Source of the DNA: Gemmatimonadales bacterium
GTDB lineage: Bacteria > Gemmatimonadota > Gemmatimonadetes > Gemmatimonadales > GWC2-71-9
NCBI GenBank assembly: GCA_037189525.1
Contig: JBBCJC010000003.1
Span: 736,001 to 800,000, forward strand
Direction: 5' to 3'
DNA length: 64,000 nt
In this document: piece by piece, positions 31,170 through 40,279 of the stretch
Layout: each line of letters begins with the position of its first letter
Position numbering within the stretch: position 1 is the first letter of the stretch
The notes under the pieces: model-generated
The model's input: only the letters and a program-made list of their open reading frames with translations
Told to the model about the DNA's origin: nothing
Databases searched by the model: none
Translations under genes and position numbers: made by a program

Positions 31170-31243
31170 TGCCCCCGAGAGGATTCGAACCTCCGGCCAA
31201 CGGTTTAGGAAACCGCTGCTCTATCCAGCTGAGCTACGGGGGC
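31170..31243 (-). tRNA. tRNA-Arg(CCT), no encoded CCA
   Basis: GCCCCCG acceptor stem, D arm TAGCTCAGCTGGATAGAGC, anticodon loop TTCCTAA, T loop GGTTCGAATCC. Confidence 0.95.
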
Positions 31244-31359
31244 GCTGGGCGACGCAGAAATCGAACAATCTCAAAAATACCACATCCCAGACGGCGACGC
31301 AGCATTCCACGGCATGGGAGCCAGGCGGCTCGAGCAGCGCGACCGCTCAGGTCCCAGAC

Positions 31360-31545
31360 AGCCGTTGAATGTGCCTGCCGCGACCGCGGGCCACAGCAGC
31401 CGGTTCGTTCTCCTGCACTCCGTTCAGCGCCCGCCGGGATCAAGCGTTTAGTTCCCAACCTGCACTTAGGCCCCGGAGGCACCCGGCTCCGCATCCGGCC
31501 CCACGAATGGCGCGGCCAGGAGGCGTTAAATCGCCCTGCCGCGCT
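31360..31545 (-). ncRNA. Candidate structured non-coding RNA (family not recognised)
   Basis: Nested complementary segments in a ~400-bp intergenic region; see finding. Confidence 0.4.
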
Positions 31546-31646
31546 ACAGCTACCTTCGTCAAGCGTTAAACGCAATAATTAGCTTGAAACTGACAGCTCA
31601 AAGCAAGGTGTTGCAATAGTTTACTGTGTTGTCTTCAACCGAAATA

Positions 31647-32303
31647 TCAAGAAGGCTCAGTGGCGTTTTTCTCTCGCCGGGCCTTGATGGCCTCGATCAC
31701 GACCGGCATGACCGACAGGATGATGATCGCGATGATGACCATCCCGAAGTTCTCCCGGACGAACGGCAGGTTCCCGAAAAAGTAGCCCAGCCAGACAAAC
31801 AGGCCGACCCAGACCACCGCCCCGATCACGTTGTAGGTCAGGAACCTGGAGTAGTGCATCGTCCCCACTCCGGCCACGAACGGCGCGAAGGTCCGGACGA
31901 TGGGAACGAATCGGGCCAGGATGATGGTCTTCCCGCCGTGCTTCGCAAAGAAGGCATGGGTCCGGTCGAGATACTCTTTCTTGAGCCACCGGACTTCCCC
32001 ACTGAACGCCCGCGGGCCGATCCACGATCCGATCCAGTAGTTGACGGTGTCACCGATGATGGCCATCGCGGTGAGCAGGAAGAACAGGACCCACGGATTG
32101 AGCGATCCGAGCCCCGCGAACGCGCCGGCGGCAAACAGGAGCGAATCACCGGGTAGGAGCGGCATGACCACCAGGCCGGTCTCCGCAAAGATGATCAGCG
32201 CCAGGATGACGTACGTCCCGGTACCGTACCGGCTGATCAACTCCCCGAGATGCTGGTCCAGATGGATGATGAAGTCGATCAGAAAGCGAAACAGGTCGAT
32301 CAC
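31647..32303 (-). CDS. dedA: DedA family membrane protein
   Basis: IIFAETGLVVMPLLPGDSLLFAAGA, GDTVNYWIG, LARFVPIVRTFAPFVAG. Confidence 0.92.
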   Translation of the reverse strand: MIDLFRFLIDFIIHLDQHLGELISRYGTGTYVILALIIFAETGLVVMPLLPGDSLLFAAGAFAGLGSLNPWVLFFLLTAMAIIGDTVNYWIGSWIGPRAFSGEVRWLKKEYLDRTHAFFAKHGGKTIILARFVPIVRTFAPFVAGVGTMHYSRFLTYNVIGAVVWVGLFVWLGYFFGNLPFVRENFGMVIIAIIILSVMPVVIEAIKARREKNATEPS

Positions 32304-32318
32304 GATGCGTGTCTCAGC

Positions 32319-32990
32319 TCAGGAGGAGGAATCGAAGCCGAACTGCCCGAGCAGCGGCACGAAGCGGACACCCGACAGCGGTGTCTCGATGTACTGGTCG
32401 CCCTTCCGCTCGACCCGGACCAGCGTCTGCTCCTCGCGGTTGCCGATCGGGACGACCATCCGTCCTCCGGGCGCGAGTTGTTCGAGCAATGGCTTCGGGA
32501 TGGATGGCGAGGCCGCGGCAACCACGATGGCATCGAATGGCGCCAGCGACCGCCAGCCCAGGGTGCCGTCGCCGACGACGATCGTCACGTTCCGGATCCC
32601 CAGATCCCGGATCACATTCCGCGCCTGCTCCGCCAGCGCGGCCACCCGTTCGATCCCGACGACGTTCCCGGCCAACTGGCTGAGCAACGCCGTCTGGTAG
32701 CCGGAACCGGCGCCGACCTCGAGCACCTTCTCTTTGCCGGTCAGACCCAGTTCCTGAATCGATCGGGCCTGCACCCACGGCTGCGAGATGGTCTGGCCCG
32801 CCGCAATCGGGAGCGCCGAATCCTCGTACGATCGGTGCCGCACCCCTTCCGGTACGAACCGATGCCGAGGAACCGAGGCAATGGCTTTGAGCACCGCGAG
32901 GTCGCGAATGCCCTTGTCTTGCAGCTGTTCGACCAGCCGCTGACGGTACCCACCATAACTGTCCCGCTCGTTCAAGGCTCGAGCGCCCAT
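32319..32990 (-). CDS. pcm: Protein-L-isoaspartate O-methyltransferase
   Basis: VPRHRFVP, GQTISQP, VLEVGAGSGYQTA, GDGTLGW, APFDAIVVAAA, RFVPL; start uncertain. Confidence 0.93.
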   Translation of the reverse strand: MGARALNERDSYGGYRQRLVEQLQDKGIRDLAVLKAIASVPRHRFVPEGVRHRSYEDSALPIAAGQTISQPWVQARSIQELGLTGKEKVLEVGAGSGYQTALLSQLAGNVVGIERVAALAEQARNVIRDLGIRNVTIVVGDGTLGWRSLAPFDAIVVAAASPSIPKPLLEQLAPGGRMVVPIGNREEQTLVRVERKGDQYIETPLSGVRFVPLLGQFGFDSSS

Positions 32991-33721
32991 TCGCTCACGG
33001 CCTCCATGAGGCGGTAGTTGGTGAGATCCATATGGAGAGGCGTAATGGAAATGTAGCCTTGATGGACGGCCGCCTGATCGGAGTCCGGATCGACCGTCCA
33101 GGTCACGTCCCCGCCGCCGACCCAGAAGACTTCCCGGCCCCACGGGTCCATCATCTTGGTAATCGATCCGGAAAAATAACGGCTGCCCAGCTTGGTCACT
33201 TTGACCCCGCGCACATCCTCCGCTGGAATCTGTGGCAGGTTGATGTTGAGCAGGGTCTCCTTCGGGAAGTTGCGGATCTCGGTGATCTGACGGATCAGGC
33301 GGACCAGGGTGACGTGATAGGTCTCCATCAGCGCCGGATCACGCCCGGCAAACGAAAAGGCAATCCCGGGCACGCCTAACGTCACGGCCTCCATGGCGGC
33401 GGACACGGTGCCCGAATACAGCACGTCCTCGCCCATGTTGGGACCGTGGTTGATCCCTGAGAACACGAAGTCGGGCTTCTCGTTCATCAGCGCGCTGATC
33501 CCGAGCAGGACGCAGTCGGTCGGAGTGCCGTCGATCTGGTACGCCCCGTCATGGGTCAGCGCCGGCCGGAGCGGACGATGGAGCGTGAGCGAGTGGGAGG
33601 TGCCGCTCTGCTCCCGATCGGGAGCGACGACCGTAACCGTACCGACTTCGCGGCAGGCGTTGGCGAGATGCCGGATGCCCGGGGCCAGAATGCCATCGTC
33701 GTTGGAGACCAGAATCCGCAT
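32972..33721 (-). CDS. surE: 5'/3'-nucleotidase SurE
   Basis: MRILVSNDDGI, VVAPDREQSG, GTPTDCV, SGINHGPN, YSGTVSAA. Confidence 0.96.
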   Translation of the reverse strand: MRILVSNDDGILAPGIRHLANACREVGTVTVVAPDREQSGTSHSLTLHRPLRPALTHDGAYQIDGTPTDCVLLGISALMNEKPDFVFSGINHGPNMGEDVLYSGTVSAAMEAVTLGVPGIAFSFAGRDPALMETYHVTLVRLIRQITEIRNFPKETLLNINLPQIPAEDVRGVKVTKLGSRYFSGSITKMMDPWGREVFWVGGGDVTWTVDPDSDQAAVHQGYISITPLHMDLTNYRLMEAVSEWALEP

Positions 33722-33724
33722 GGG

Positions 33725-34117
33725 TCAGTCGGCTCCTTCGCCGCCGGTCGCGGGCCGTTTCGGTGGACGCCCGTCGAGAGTATCGAGAATGGATTGAATC
33801 GCGGCGTCGAGTTCGTCGACCGCCTGCTGGGCAACGGCACGCCCGGCTTCTTTCTTGAGTTCACCGGTCCGGCGGAAATGTTCGACCCGCTGCCGGGCAC
33901 CTTCGATGGTGTACTTCTCGGTGTACAAGAGATGTTTGACCAGCAGGATCATCTCGACTTCGCGGCTCTTGTAGACCCGGTTGCCGGACCGGTTTTTGGC
34001 CGGACTCAGGAAGCGAAACTGACTTTCCCAGTAGCGCAGGACATGCGGTTTGAGGTCGGTCAGTGCGCAGACTTCACCGATCGAGAAGAACTCCTGCATC
34101 GGGCGGGACTGGTTCAC
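33725..34117 (-). CDS. MerR-family transcriptional regulator (lacking the metal-binding Cys set)
   Basis: FSIGEVCALTDLKPHVLRYWE HTH, NRVY, YTIEGA; GTGA overlap with the gpsA stop. Confidence 0.85.
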   Translation of the reverse strand: MNQSRPMQEFFSIGEVCALTDLKPHVLRYWESQFRFLSPAKNRSGNRVYKSREVEMILLVKHLLYTEKYTIEGARQRVEHFRRTGELKKEAGRAVAQQAVDELDAAIQSILDTLDGRPPKRPATGGEGAD

Positions 34118-35112
34118 GTCCACTGCTCCGGTTTGAGGGCGCGTTCCATCAGGGCGCTGATCGCATCGCGCGGCGTGGTATGGGCGCGGAGGACGTCCGC
34201 GACCTGCGCAATGATCGGCAGCTCGACGCCGTACCGCTCCGCCAGACGTACCGCGGCCGGCGCCGTGGTAGCGCCTTCCGCGACGGTCCGATGCTGCCGC
34301 CGGTGCTGTTCCAGCGTTTCTCCCTGAGCAATGGCGATTCCGAGCGCCCGGTTCCTGCTCAGCGCTCCGGTAGTCGTGAGGACCAGATCGCCCATTCCGG
34401 CGAGTCCGGCAAAGGTGCCCGGGTCGGCGCCCATCGCGGCGCCCAGACGCGCGATCTCCGCGAGCCCGCGCGTGATCAGCGCCGCGCGCGGATTGTGGCC
34501 CAGCCCCAACCCTTCGAGGATACCCGCCGCAATGGCAATCGCGTTCTTGAGCGCCCCCGCCAGCTGCGTACCTACCACGTCGGTGTTGGAGTAGACCCTG
34601 AAGTATCGCGTCACGAAGAGTTCCTGCACCGCCTGCGCCGCCGCCAGGTCGTGCGCAGCAGCTACCACGGCCGTGGGCTGCTGCTGATACACCTCGCGCG
34701 CAAAACTCGGCCCGGACAGAACGACGAAACGGTGTGGGGGCAGCACGGCCGCCGCGACTTGGGACATCAGGTCGAGGGTCTCCGTCTCTAACCCTTTGGT
34801 CGCGCTGGCCACCAAAGCGTCCGGCGCCAACGCACTCTTGACGGACTCGAAGACTCGGCGCGCGACGTGACTGGGAGACGCCATCACCACACAATCCGCC
34901 GCGTCGACCGCAGTAACGGGATCGGCGACGGCAGTGAGACTCGGACTGAGAGGCGCGTCGTTCAGATAGATGGCGTTGACGTGGGTCTCATTGATGGCCG
35001 CAACCACCTCCGGCTCATAGGCCCAGAGCCTGACGTCGTGCCCTTTCCGCGAGAGCAGATCGGCGAGGGCCGTTCCCCAGCTACCGGCGCCCAGGACTCC
35101 GATGCGGCTCAT
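34114..35112 (-). CDS. gpsA: NAD(P)H-dependent glycerol-3-phosphate dehydrogenase
   Basis: GAGSWGTALA, ATKGLE, LSGPSFAREV, GALKNAIAIAAG, GLAGMGDLVLT, SRNR. Confidence 0.95.
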   Translation of the reverse strand: MSRIGVLGAGSWGTALADLLSRKGHDVRLWAYEPEVVAAINETHVNAIYLNDAPLSPSLTAVADPVTAVDAADCVVMASPSHVARRVFESVKSALAPDALVASATKGLETETLDLMSQVAAAVLPPHRFVVLSGPSFAREVYQQQPTAVVAAAHDLAAAQAVQELFVTRYFRVYSNTDVVGTQLAGALKNAIAIAAGILEGLGLGHNPRAALITRGLAEIARLGAAMGADPGTFAGLAGMGDLVLTTTGALSRNRALGIAIAQGETLEQHRRQHRTVAEGATTAPAAVRLAERYGVELPIIAQVADVLRAHTTPRDAISALMERALKPEQWT

Positions 35113-35726
35113 GGGCGTCCCTCCGCGCGCGCGGCCCGTTTGCCGAACCGGTTCTCGGTGCCGGAGAGGAGCCGTTTGATGTTGGCGCGATGGGTGACCA
35201 CTACGAACGCACCGAGTGCCACGAAGAGCCAGATTGCCGACCGGAGTTCGGGATTCAGAACCCACACCGCAATCGGCAGGATCACCGCCGCGACGATGCT
35301 GCCCAGCGAGACATAGCCGGAGATCCGGACCAGCAGCGCCCAGACCGCGACCGCCACCAGGGTCGGTAGCGGCGCCAGGCCGAGTACCACACCGGCGGCG
35401 GTCGCGACTCCCTTCCCGCCCTTGAATCGGACGAACACGCTGAACACGTGCCCGATGATGGCGGCAAACCCCAGCAGTAACGCAATGCCGAGAGTTCCGC
35501 CTGCATAGGGAGCGAAGAGGAGGACCGGCACCGCTCCCTTGGCAATGTCGACCAGCGCGACCGGGATCGCGTAACGCCATCCGAGTGTGCGGTAGAGATT
35601 GGTCGACCCCAGGTTGCCGCTGCCGACCTGGCGAAGATCGATGCCCTTGGCCAGGCGCGCCACGAGGTAGCTGGTCGGGATTGCCCCGAGCAGATACGAC
35701 GCGCCGAGCCAGAGGGCGAGGGTCAT
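35109..35726 (-). CDS. plsY: Glycerol-3-phosphate acyltransferase PlsY
   Basis: YLLGAIP, GSGNLGSTN, DIAKG, GHVFS, FKGGKGVATAAG, HRANIKRL. Confidence 0.95.
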   Translation of the reverse strand: MTLALWLGASYLLGAIPTSYLVARLAKGIDLRQVGSGNLGSTNLYRTLGWRYAIPVALVDIAKGAVPVLLFAPYAGGTLGIALLLGFAAIIGHVFSVFVRFKGGKGVATAAGVVLGLAPLPTLVAVAVWALLVRISGYVSLGSIVAAVILPIAVWVLNPELRSAIWLFVALGAFVVVTHRANIKRLLSGTENRFGKRAARAEGRP

Positions 35727-37045
35727 CGGCTGCCTTTACGAGCCCGGATCTTGAGGCGGAGCGGCACGCCCGAAAAGGCCCAGGCCTCCCGGAACCCCTT
35801 GGTCAGGTAGCGGACGTAATGATCCGGAACATCATCGGGCCGGTTGCTGATCAGCGCAAACGTCGGCGGCGCTATCGCAATCTGTGACGCGTAGAGGAGA
35901 CGGACCTCTTCTCCGTTCTTTTGCGGCGGCTGGTTCCGGGCCAGCAGATTCTCCAGCACCTTGTTGACCTCGGCGGTCGGAATCCGGCGAGTCCGCGCTT
36001 CGGCAACTTCGAGGATCGAGTCGAGGACCTTACGCGCCCGCTGGCCCGTTACGGCCGACAGGTAGATGAACGGAACGTCCGCCAGAAACGGCGCCTTCTC
36101 GACGACGATGGCATGACCGCGCACCGCGGTGTTGGCGTCCTTCTCGTCGACCAGGTCCCACTTGTTGACGGCAATCACCAGCCCCTTGCCGCGCTCCCAC
36201 GCGTCGGTCGCGATCCGAAGATCCTGATGATGGACACCCTGCGCGGCGTCGATCACCAGCACACAGACATGCGAGTCCTCGATGGCCCGGCTGGTCCGCA
36301 CCGTCGAGTAGAACTCGACATCGTCGTTGACCCGCGACTTCCGCCGAAGGCCCGCCGTATCCACGAACCGGATGGTCCGGTTGTGGTAGGCCATCACCGA
36401 GTCGATCGCGTCGCGGGTCGTACCGGCCATCGGGGATACGACGTGGCGATCTTCGCCGAGGAGCCGATTGGCGAGCGACGACTTGCCGACGTTGGGTCGC
36501 CCGACGATGGCAACCCGAACTTCCTCGGACGCCTCGATGTCTTCGGCCGGCGGCAGGCGATCGACGACCGCGTCGAGCAGGTCGCCGCTGCCTTTGCCGA
36601 CGGCCGCCGATACCGGGACGGGGTCGCCCAGACCGAGCGAGTAGAACTCGGGGTCCGGCGACTCGCGCGGCATATTGTCGAGCTTGTTGGCCACCAGGAG
36701 CACCGGGCGCCGGGACCGGCGAAGGTACTCGGCCACCGCCTGGTCGATCGGATGGAACCCTTCCCGGCTGTCCACCACGAACATGATCAGGTCGGCCTCT
36801 TCGATTGCCAGCTCGGCCTGGCGTCGGATGGCGCGATCCATCGAGTCCTGCGAGTCGGGCACCATCCCGCCCGTGTCGACCACCCAGAACGAACGCCCGT
36901 TCCACTCGGCGTCGCCGAAGTGTCGATCGCGCGTCGTGCCCGCCTGGTCGGCCACGATTGCCATTCGACCCCCGATGAGCCGATTGAAGAGCGTCGATTT
37001 GCCCACGTTGGGGCGACCGACGATGGCAACGGTTGGCTTACTCAT
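35723..37045 (-). CDS. der: Ribosome biogenesis GTPase Der (EngA)
   Basis: Two G domains (GRPNVGKSTL, GRPNVGKSSL; DTGG, DTAG; NKLD, NKWD) plus a KH-like C-terminus. Confidence 0.97.
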   Translation of the reverse strand: MSKPTVAIVGRPNVGKSTLFNRLIGGRMAIVADQAGTTRDRHFGDAEWNGRSFWVVDTGGMVPDSQDSMDRAIRRQAELAIEEADLIMFVVDSREGFHPIDQAVAEYLRRSRRPVLLVANKLDNMPRESPDPEFYSLGLGDPVPVSAAVGKGSGDLLDAVVDRLPPAEDIEASEEVRVAIVGRPNVGKSSLANRLLGEDRHVVSPMAGTTRDAIDSVMAYHNRTIRFVDTAGLRRKSRVNDDVEFYSTVRTSRAIEDSHVCVLVIDAAQGVHHQDLRIATDAWERGKGLVIAVNKWDLVDEKDANTAVRGHAIVVEKAPFLADVPFIYLSAVTGQRARKVLDSILEVAEARTRRIPTAEVNKVLENLLARNQPPQKNGEEVRLLYASQIAIAPPTFALISNRPDDVPDHYVRYLTKGFREAWAFSGVPLRLKIRARKGSR

Positions 37046-37221
37046 AAATGGACTTCGATCGCGTCAGACGGTGACCCGAGCCGATCCGACGGCACGGTGA
37101 GCGGTGCGCCGCCGGGCGGGCATCCCTACTTCCAAAGATGCACGTATAGCTTTGTTTTTTCAATACTTAGCACTTCATCTCTCATCTCGTTTCGAGGCAC
37201 ACGTTGATACGAGATCGTGCT

Positions 37222-37256
37222 GAAAACACAAACGCCACCCGGTTACAGGGTGGCGT
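37222..37256 (-). terminator. Probable terminator downstream of tRNA-Gly
   Basis: ACGCCACCC-N7-GGGTGGCGT 9-bp stem, then TTGTGTTTTC on the minus strand. Confidence 0.55.
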
Positions 37257-37274
37257 CGTGGGTTTTGCGCAGAG

Positions 37275-37347
<73 letters not shown>

Positions 37348-37449
37348 AGGGTTGAACGGCCGGAAAGATTGCCCGGCCTGAGGCTGAGAGCAAGAGGCGC
37401 CGACCCGTTTCCGAATCGGCGCCTCACCACTCACCTGCTCAGTCGCTGC

Positions 37450-38874
37450 TTACTTTTTGCGATAACGCCAGCCGGCCACATCGGCGCCGGAGGCCTCCGC
37501 GTTGAACCGGTGCGTGGCACCGGCCTCGAGCACCGGTACGGCAACTTCCTTGCTGCCGACCACGTTACCCGCCGCCGTCACGAACTCGACGACCAGCGTG
37601 ACAGGTTCAGACTTGATGGGCTTGCCCTGGGCATCCGTCGGCGCCCGGCCGGTCGCGACACCCTCCAGTCGAGCAGAACTGCGCCCGATCTGGAACCCGA
37701 CGACCTCGACCTGGACCGGCAGACCGATCAACGTCTCGGCGGCCTTGACCATCTCGTCCTGCTGCTCCAGACCCCGATGGCCCTGGCCCAACAACCGATA
37801 GGCGTCTTCGTTCATCGGCTCGATCGCCACCAGCTTCTTGGACGTCTCGACCAGCTTGGCGTTGTCCTTGAGCGCGAGGTAGGCGTTGGCCAGGTTGTAC
37901 ACCGCGTCCCGGCTGTACGGGTTACGGCTGACGGCCTTGTCGAACGCCTCCGCCGCCCGCTGGAAATCCTGGGCGTTGAAGGCCGCGACGCCGATCGACA
38001 GGATGTCGCCGGTTTCGAGAGAGTCGAGGTTCTGCTTCGACAGCTCGGTCAGCATGGCGCGCTCGATCGAATCCGCCTGGGCGGTCTGACCGGCGCCACG
38101 ATACGACTGCGCCAGCGCCTTGCGAGCATCGACGTTGGTGGGCTCCCAGGCCAGGTACTTGGTCAGCGTACCAATCGCATCCTGATGACGGCCCAGCCGC
38201 TGCTGCATCAACGCGAGGTTGAGCGCGTTGGAGTTCCGGTCGCCAATGGCCGTGGTGTCGGACTCGGCGTTGGTCTCGGCGATCTTGAGCGCCTTGGCAA
38301 AGAAGGTCGCGGCCGAGTCGTCCTTGCCGGCGTTGGCGTAGAGCACGCCGAGGTTGGCGGCGACGTGCGGCAGCTCGTCGAAGAGCTTGTCGGCGTCGCG
38401 GAACAGGACCATGGCCTCGTCGATCTTGTTGTCGCGCTGGAGCTCGAGGCCCGCGTTGGCGAGCTGGGCCCAGGCGTTCTGGCGGTACTGGCCAATGTCG
38501 AGTTCGCACTGCGGCTGCAGCGCCGCGGCCTTGGTAAAGGCGGAGTCGACGCCGTCGACGTCACCCTGCATCAGGTAGACCCGGGCCAGGTAGTACCACG
38601 CGGCCGCGTTCTGGTCCTGTCCTTCTCCCGTAATCGACTTGACCAGGATGTCTTTGGCCTTGGTGAGCTCGGCGGCCTTGTCTGCCTTGGCGTCATGCGC
38701 CTTCTTGAGCGCGTCGACACCCTTGTTGATATTGCCGGCCGGCCGGAGAGGACAAAGCGGGACCGCAAACTTCTCCGGCTGGAACTCTGCCAGCTTCGGC
38801 TGGAGCGTAGGGCTCTGGGCCGACGCGGTGCTCGCGAGCACCGTGGCGAAGATCCCAGTCCAGATGCGCTTCAT
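37450..38874 (-). CDS. Secreted tetratricopeptide-repeat protein
   Basis: Signal peptide (MKRIWTGIFATVLASTASAQ), multiple TPR motifs (AAWYYLARVY, AVYNLANAY), beta-rich C-terminal domain; AGGAG RBS. Confidence 0.85.
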   Translation of the reverse strand: MKRIWTGIFATVLASTASAQSPTLQPKLAEFQPEKFAVPLCPLRPAGNINKGVDALKKAHDAKADKAAELTKAKDILVKSITGEGQDQNAAAWYYLARVYLMQGDVDGVDSAFTKAAALQPQCELDIGQYRQNAWAQLANAGLELQRDNKIDEAMVLFRDADKLFDELPHVAANLGVLYANAGKDDSAATFFAKALKIAETNAESDTTAIGDRNSNALNLALMQQRLGRHQDAIGTLTKYLAWEPTNVDARKALAQSYRGAGQTAQADSIERAMLTELSKQNLDSLETGDILSIGVAAFNAQDFQRAAEAFDKAVSRNPYSRDAVYNLANAYLALKDNAKLVETSKKLVAIEPMNEDAYRLLGQGHRGLEQQDEMVKAAETLIGLPVQVEVVGFQIGRSSARLEGVATGRAPTDAQGKPIKSEPVTLVVEFVTAAGNVVGSKEVAVPVLEAGATHRFNAEASGADVAGWRYRKK

Positions 38875-38941
38875 CGTTTCGACTCCTTGGTTGACTTACT
38901 TCCATGATCGCACGCCCCGATGCGAGCGCGACCGTTCCAAT

Positions 38942-38967
38942 GACGTTAGAGGGGGCCCGTAGTTGCA
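38942..38967 (-). promoter_or_regulatory. ECF-sigma-type promoter candidate
   Basis: Minus strand TGCAAC-N16-CGTC, about 70 nt upstream of the TPR gene ATG. Confidence 0.4.
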
Positions 38968-39094
38968 CCGGCGCGACGCAAAATCGACTGGATTCAGGCG
39001 CTCACGGCGCAAGCCCCACGGGTCGGGGGCTCGGTGCCACGATCGGGCACAGACATAGAAATATCGCCCCTGCCCGAGATTCCGGCAACCAGCC

Positions 39095-40240
39095 TCAGCG
39101 ATAGAGCCATCCCGCCCCGGTATTGAAAATGACGACCCGATCTTCCGGACCGATCGACCCCTCGCGGCGGAGCAGCTCGGCGGCGGCGAGAGCGGCCCCA
39201 CCCTCAGGAGAAAAATCGACACCGGTCCGGGCCGTAGCCCCTGAGGCTGCGGTCGAGAGCGCCGCCTCGGTCACGGCCACGGCGCCACCGCCGCTGTCGC
39301 GCAGGGCTGTGAGCATGAGACGGTCGCCCAGGGGGCCCGGGACCCGGAGGCCGCTGGCGCTGGTCTGTGGGTCCGGCCACGGCTGGCACTGGTCTGCCCC
39401 GGTCCGAAACGCTGTAACCACGGGGGCGCAGCCCTCGGCCTGCACCGTAAACATCCGCGGCATCGGGCCGGTGAGCCACCCCGCATCCCGGAGTTCGCCG
39501 AAGACCTTCCACATCCCGATCAGGCCGGTGCCGCCCCCGGTCGGGTAGATGATGACCTCCGGCAAGGTCCAACCCAACTGCTCCGCGAGTTCGAGACCCA
39601 GGGTCTTCTTGCCCTCGATCCGATAGGGCTCGCGCAGGGTGGACAGATCGAACGCCCCGGACTCGGCCGCGTATGCGCGGCTGGCCTTCCCGCAGTCGCC
39701 GATATGCCCATCGAGCAGTTCGAGCCGGGCGCCGAATCGCCGGATCTGATCGAGAATGGGAGCGGGCGTGGTGGCTGGTGCGTAGACCCGCACCGGCACT
39801 CCGGCGCGCGCGCCATACGCCGCCGCGGCCACGCCGGCGTTGCCCGCCGTCGGCAAGGTAAAGCTCGGTGCTCCCCCAGCGACGGCCCGCGTCACGGCGG
39901 CTGCGAGACCACGCGACTTGAATGAGCCGGTGGGGTTGGTTCCCTCATCTTTGACCAGAAGTCCGGGAAGACCGATCGGCTCGCCCCAGATCGGGATCGG
40001 GAGGAGCGGCGTATCACCTTCGCCGAGGGTGACGGGCGCTTCGCCGGGTTCGAGCGGCAGAAACGATCGGAAGCGCCACATCCCGCGCCCTGCCATGGCC
40101 GCGCGACGATCCTCGGGTCCGTGGGACCGGCCGGGATAGCGTACCAACCAGGGGCGCTGGCAGGTGGGACAGACGGTCGGGAGACCGGCGGCGGATTCGG
40201 TGGCTCCGCAGAGCGAGCATTCGAGATGCCAGGAACTCAT
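39095..40240 (-). CDS. thrC: Threonine synthase (PLP fold II)
   Basis: N-terminal CxxC..CxxC, VTLGEGDTPL, KDEGTNPTGSFKSRG, EPYRIEGKKT, YPTGGGTG. Confidence 0.85.
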   Translation of the reverse strand: MSSWHLECSLCGATESAAGLPTVCPTCQRPWLVRYPGRSHGPEDRRAAMAGRGMWRFRSFLPLEPGEAPVTLGEGDTPLLPIPIWGEPIGLPGLLVKDEGTNPTGSFKSRGLAAAVTRAVAGGAPSFTLPTAGNAGVAAAAYGARAGVPVRVYAPATTPAPILDQIRRFGARLELLDGHIGDCGKASRAYAAESGAFDLSTLREPYRIEGKKTLGLELAEQLGWTLPEVIIYPTGGGTGLIGMWKVFGELRDAGWLTGPMPRMFTVQAEGCAPVVTAFRTGADQCQPWPDPQTSASGLRVPGPLGDRLMLTALRDSGGGAVAVTEAALSTAASGATARTGVDFSPEGGAALAAAELLRREGSIGPEDRVVIFNTGAGWLYR

Positions 40241-40279
40241 CGGACCTTGATCGGTTGAAGGATACCGGACGGTCGGAAT

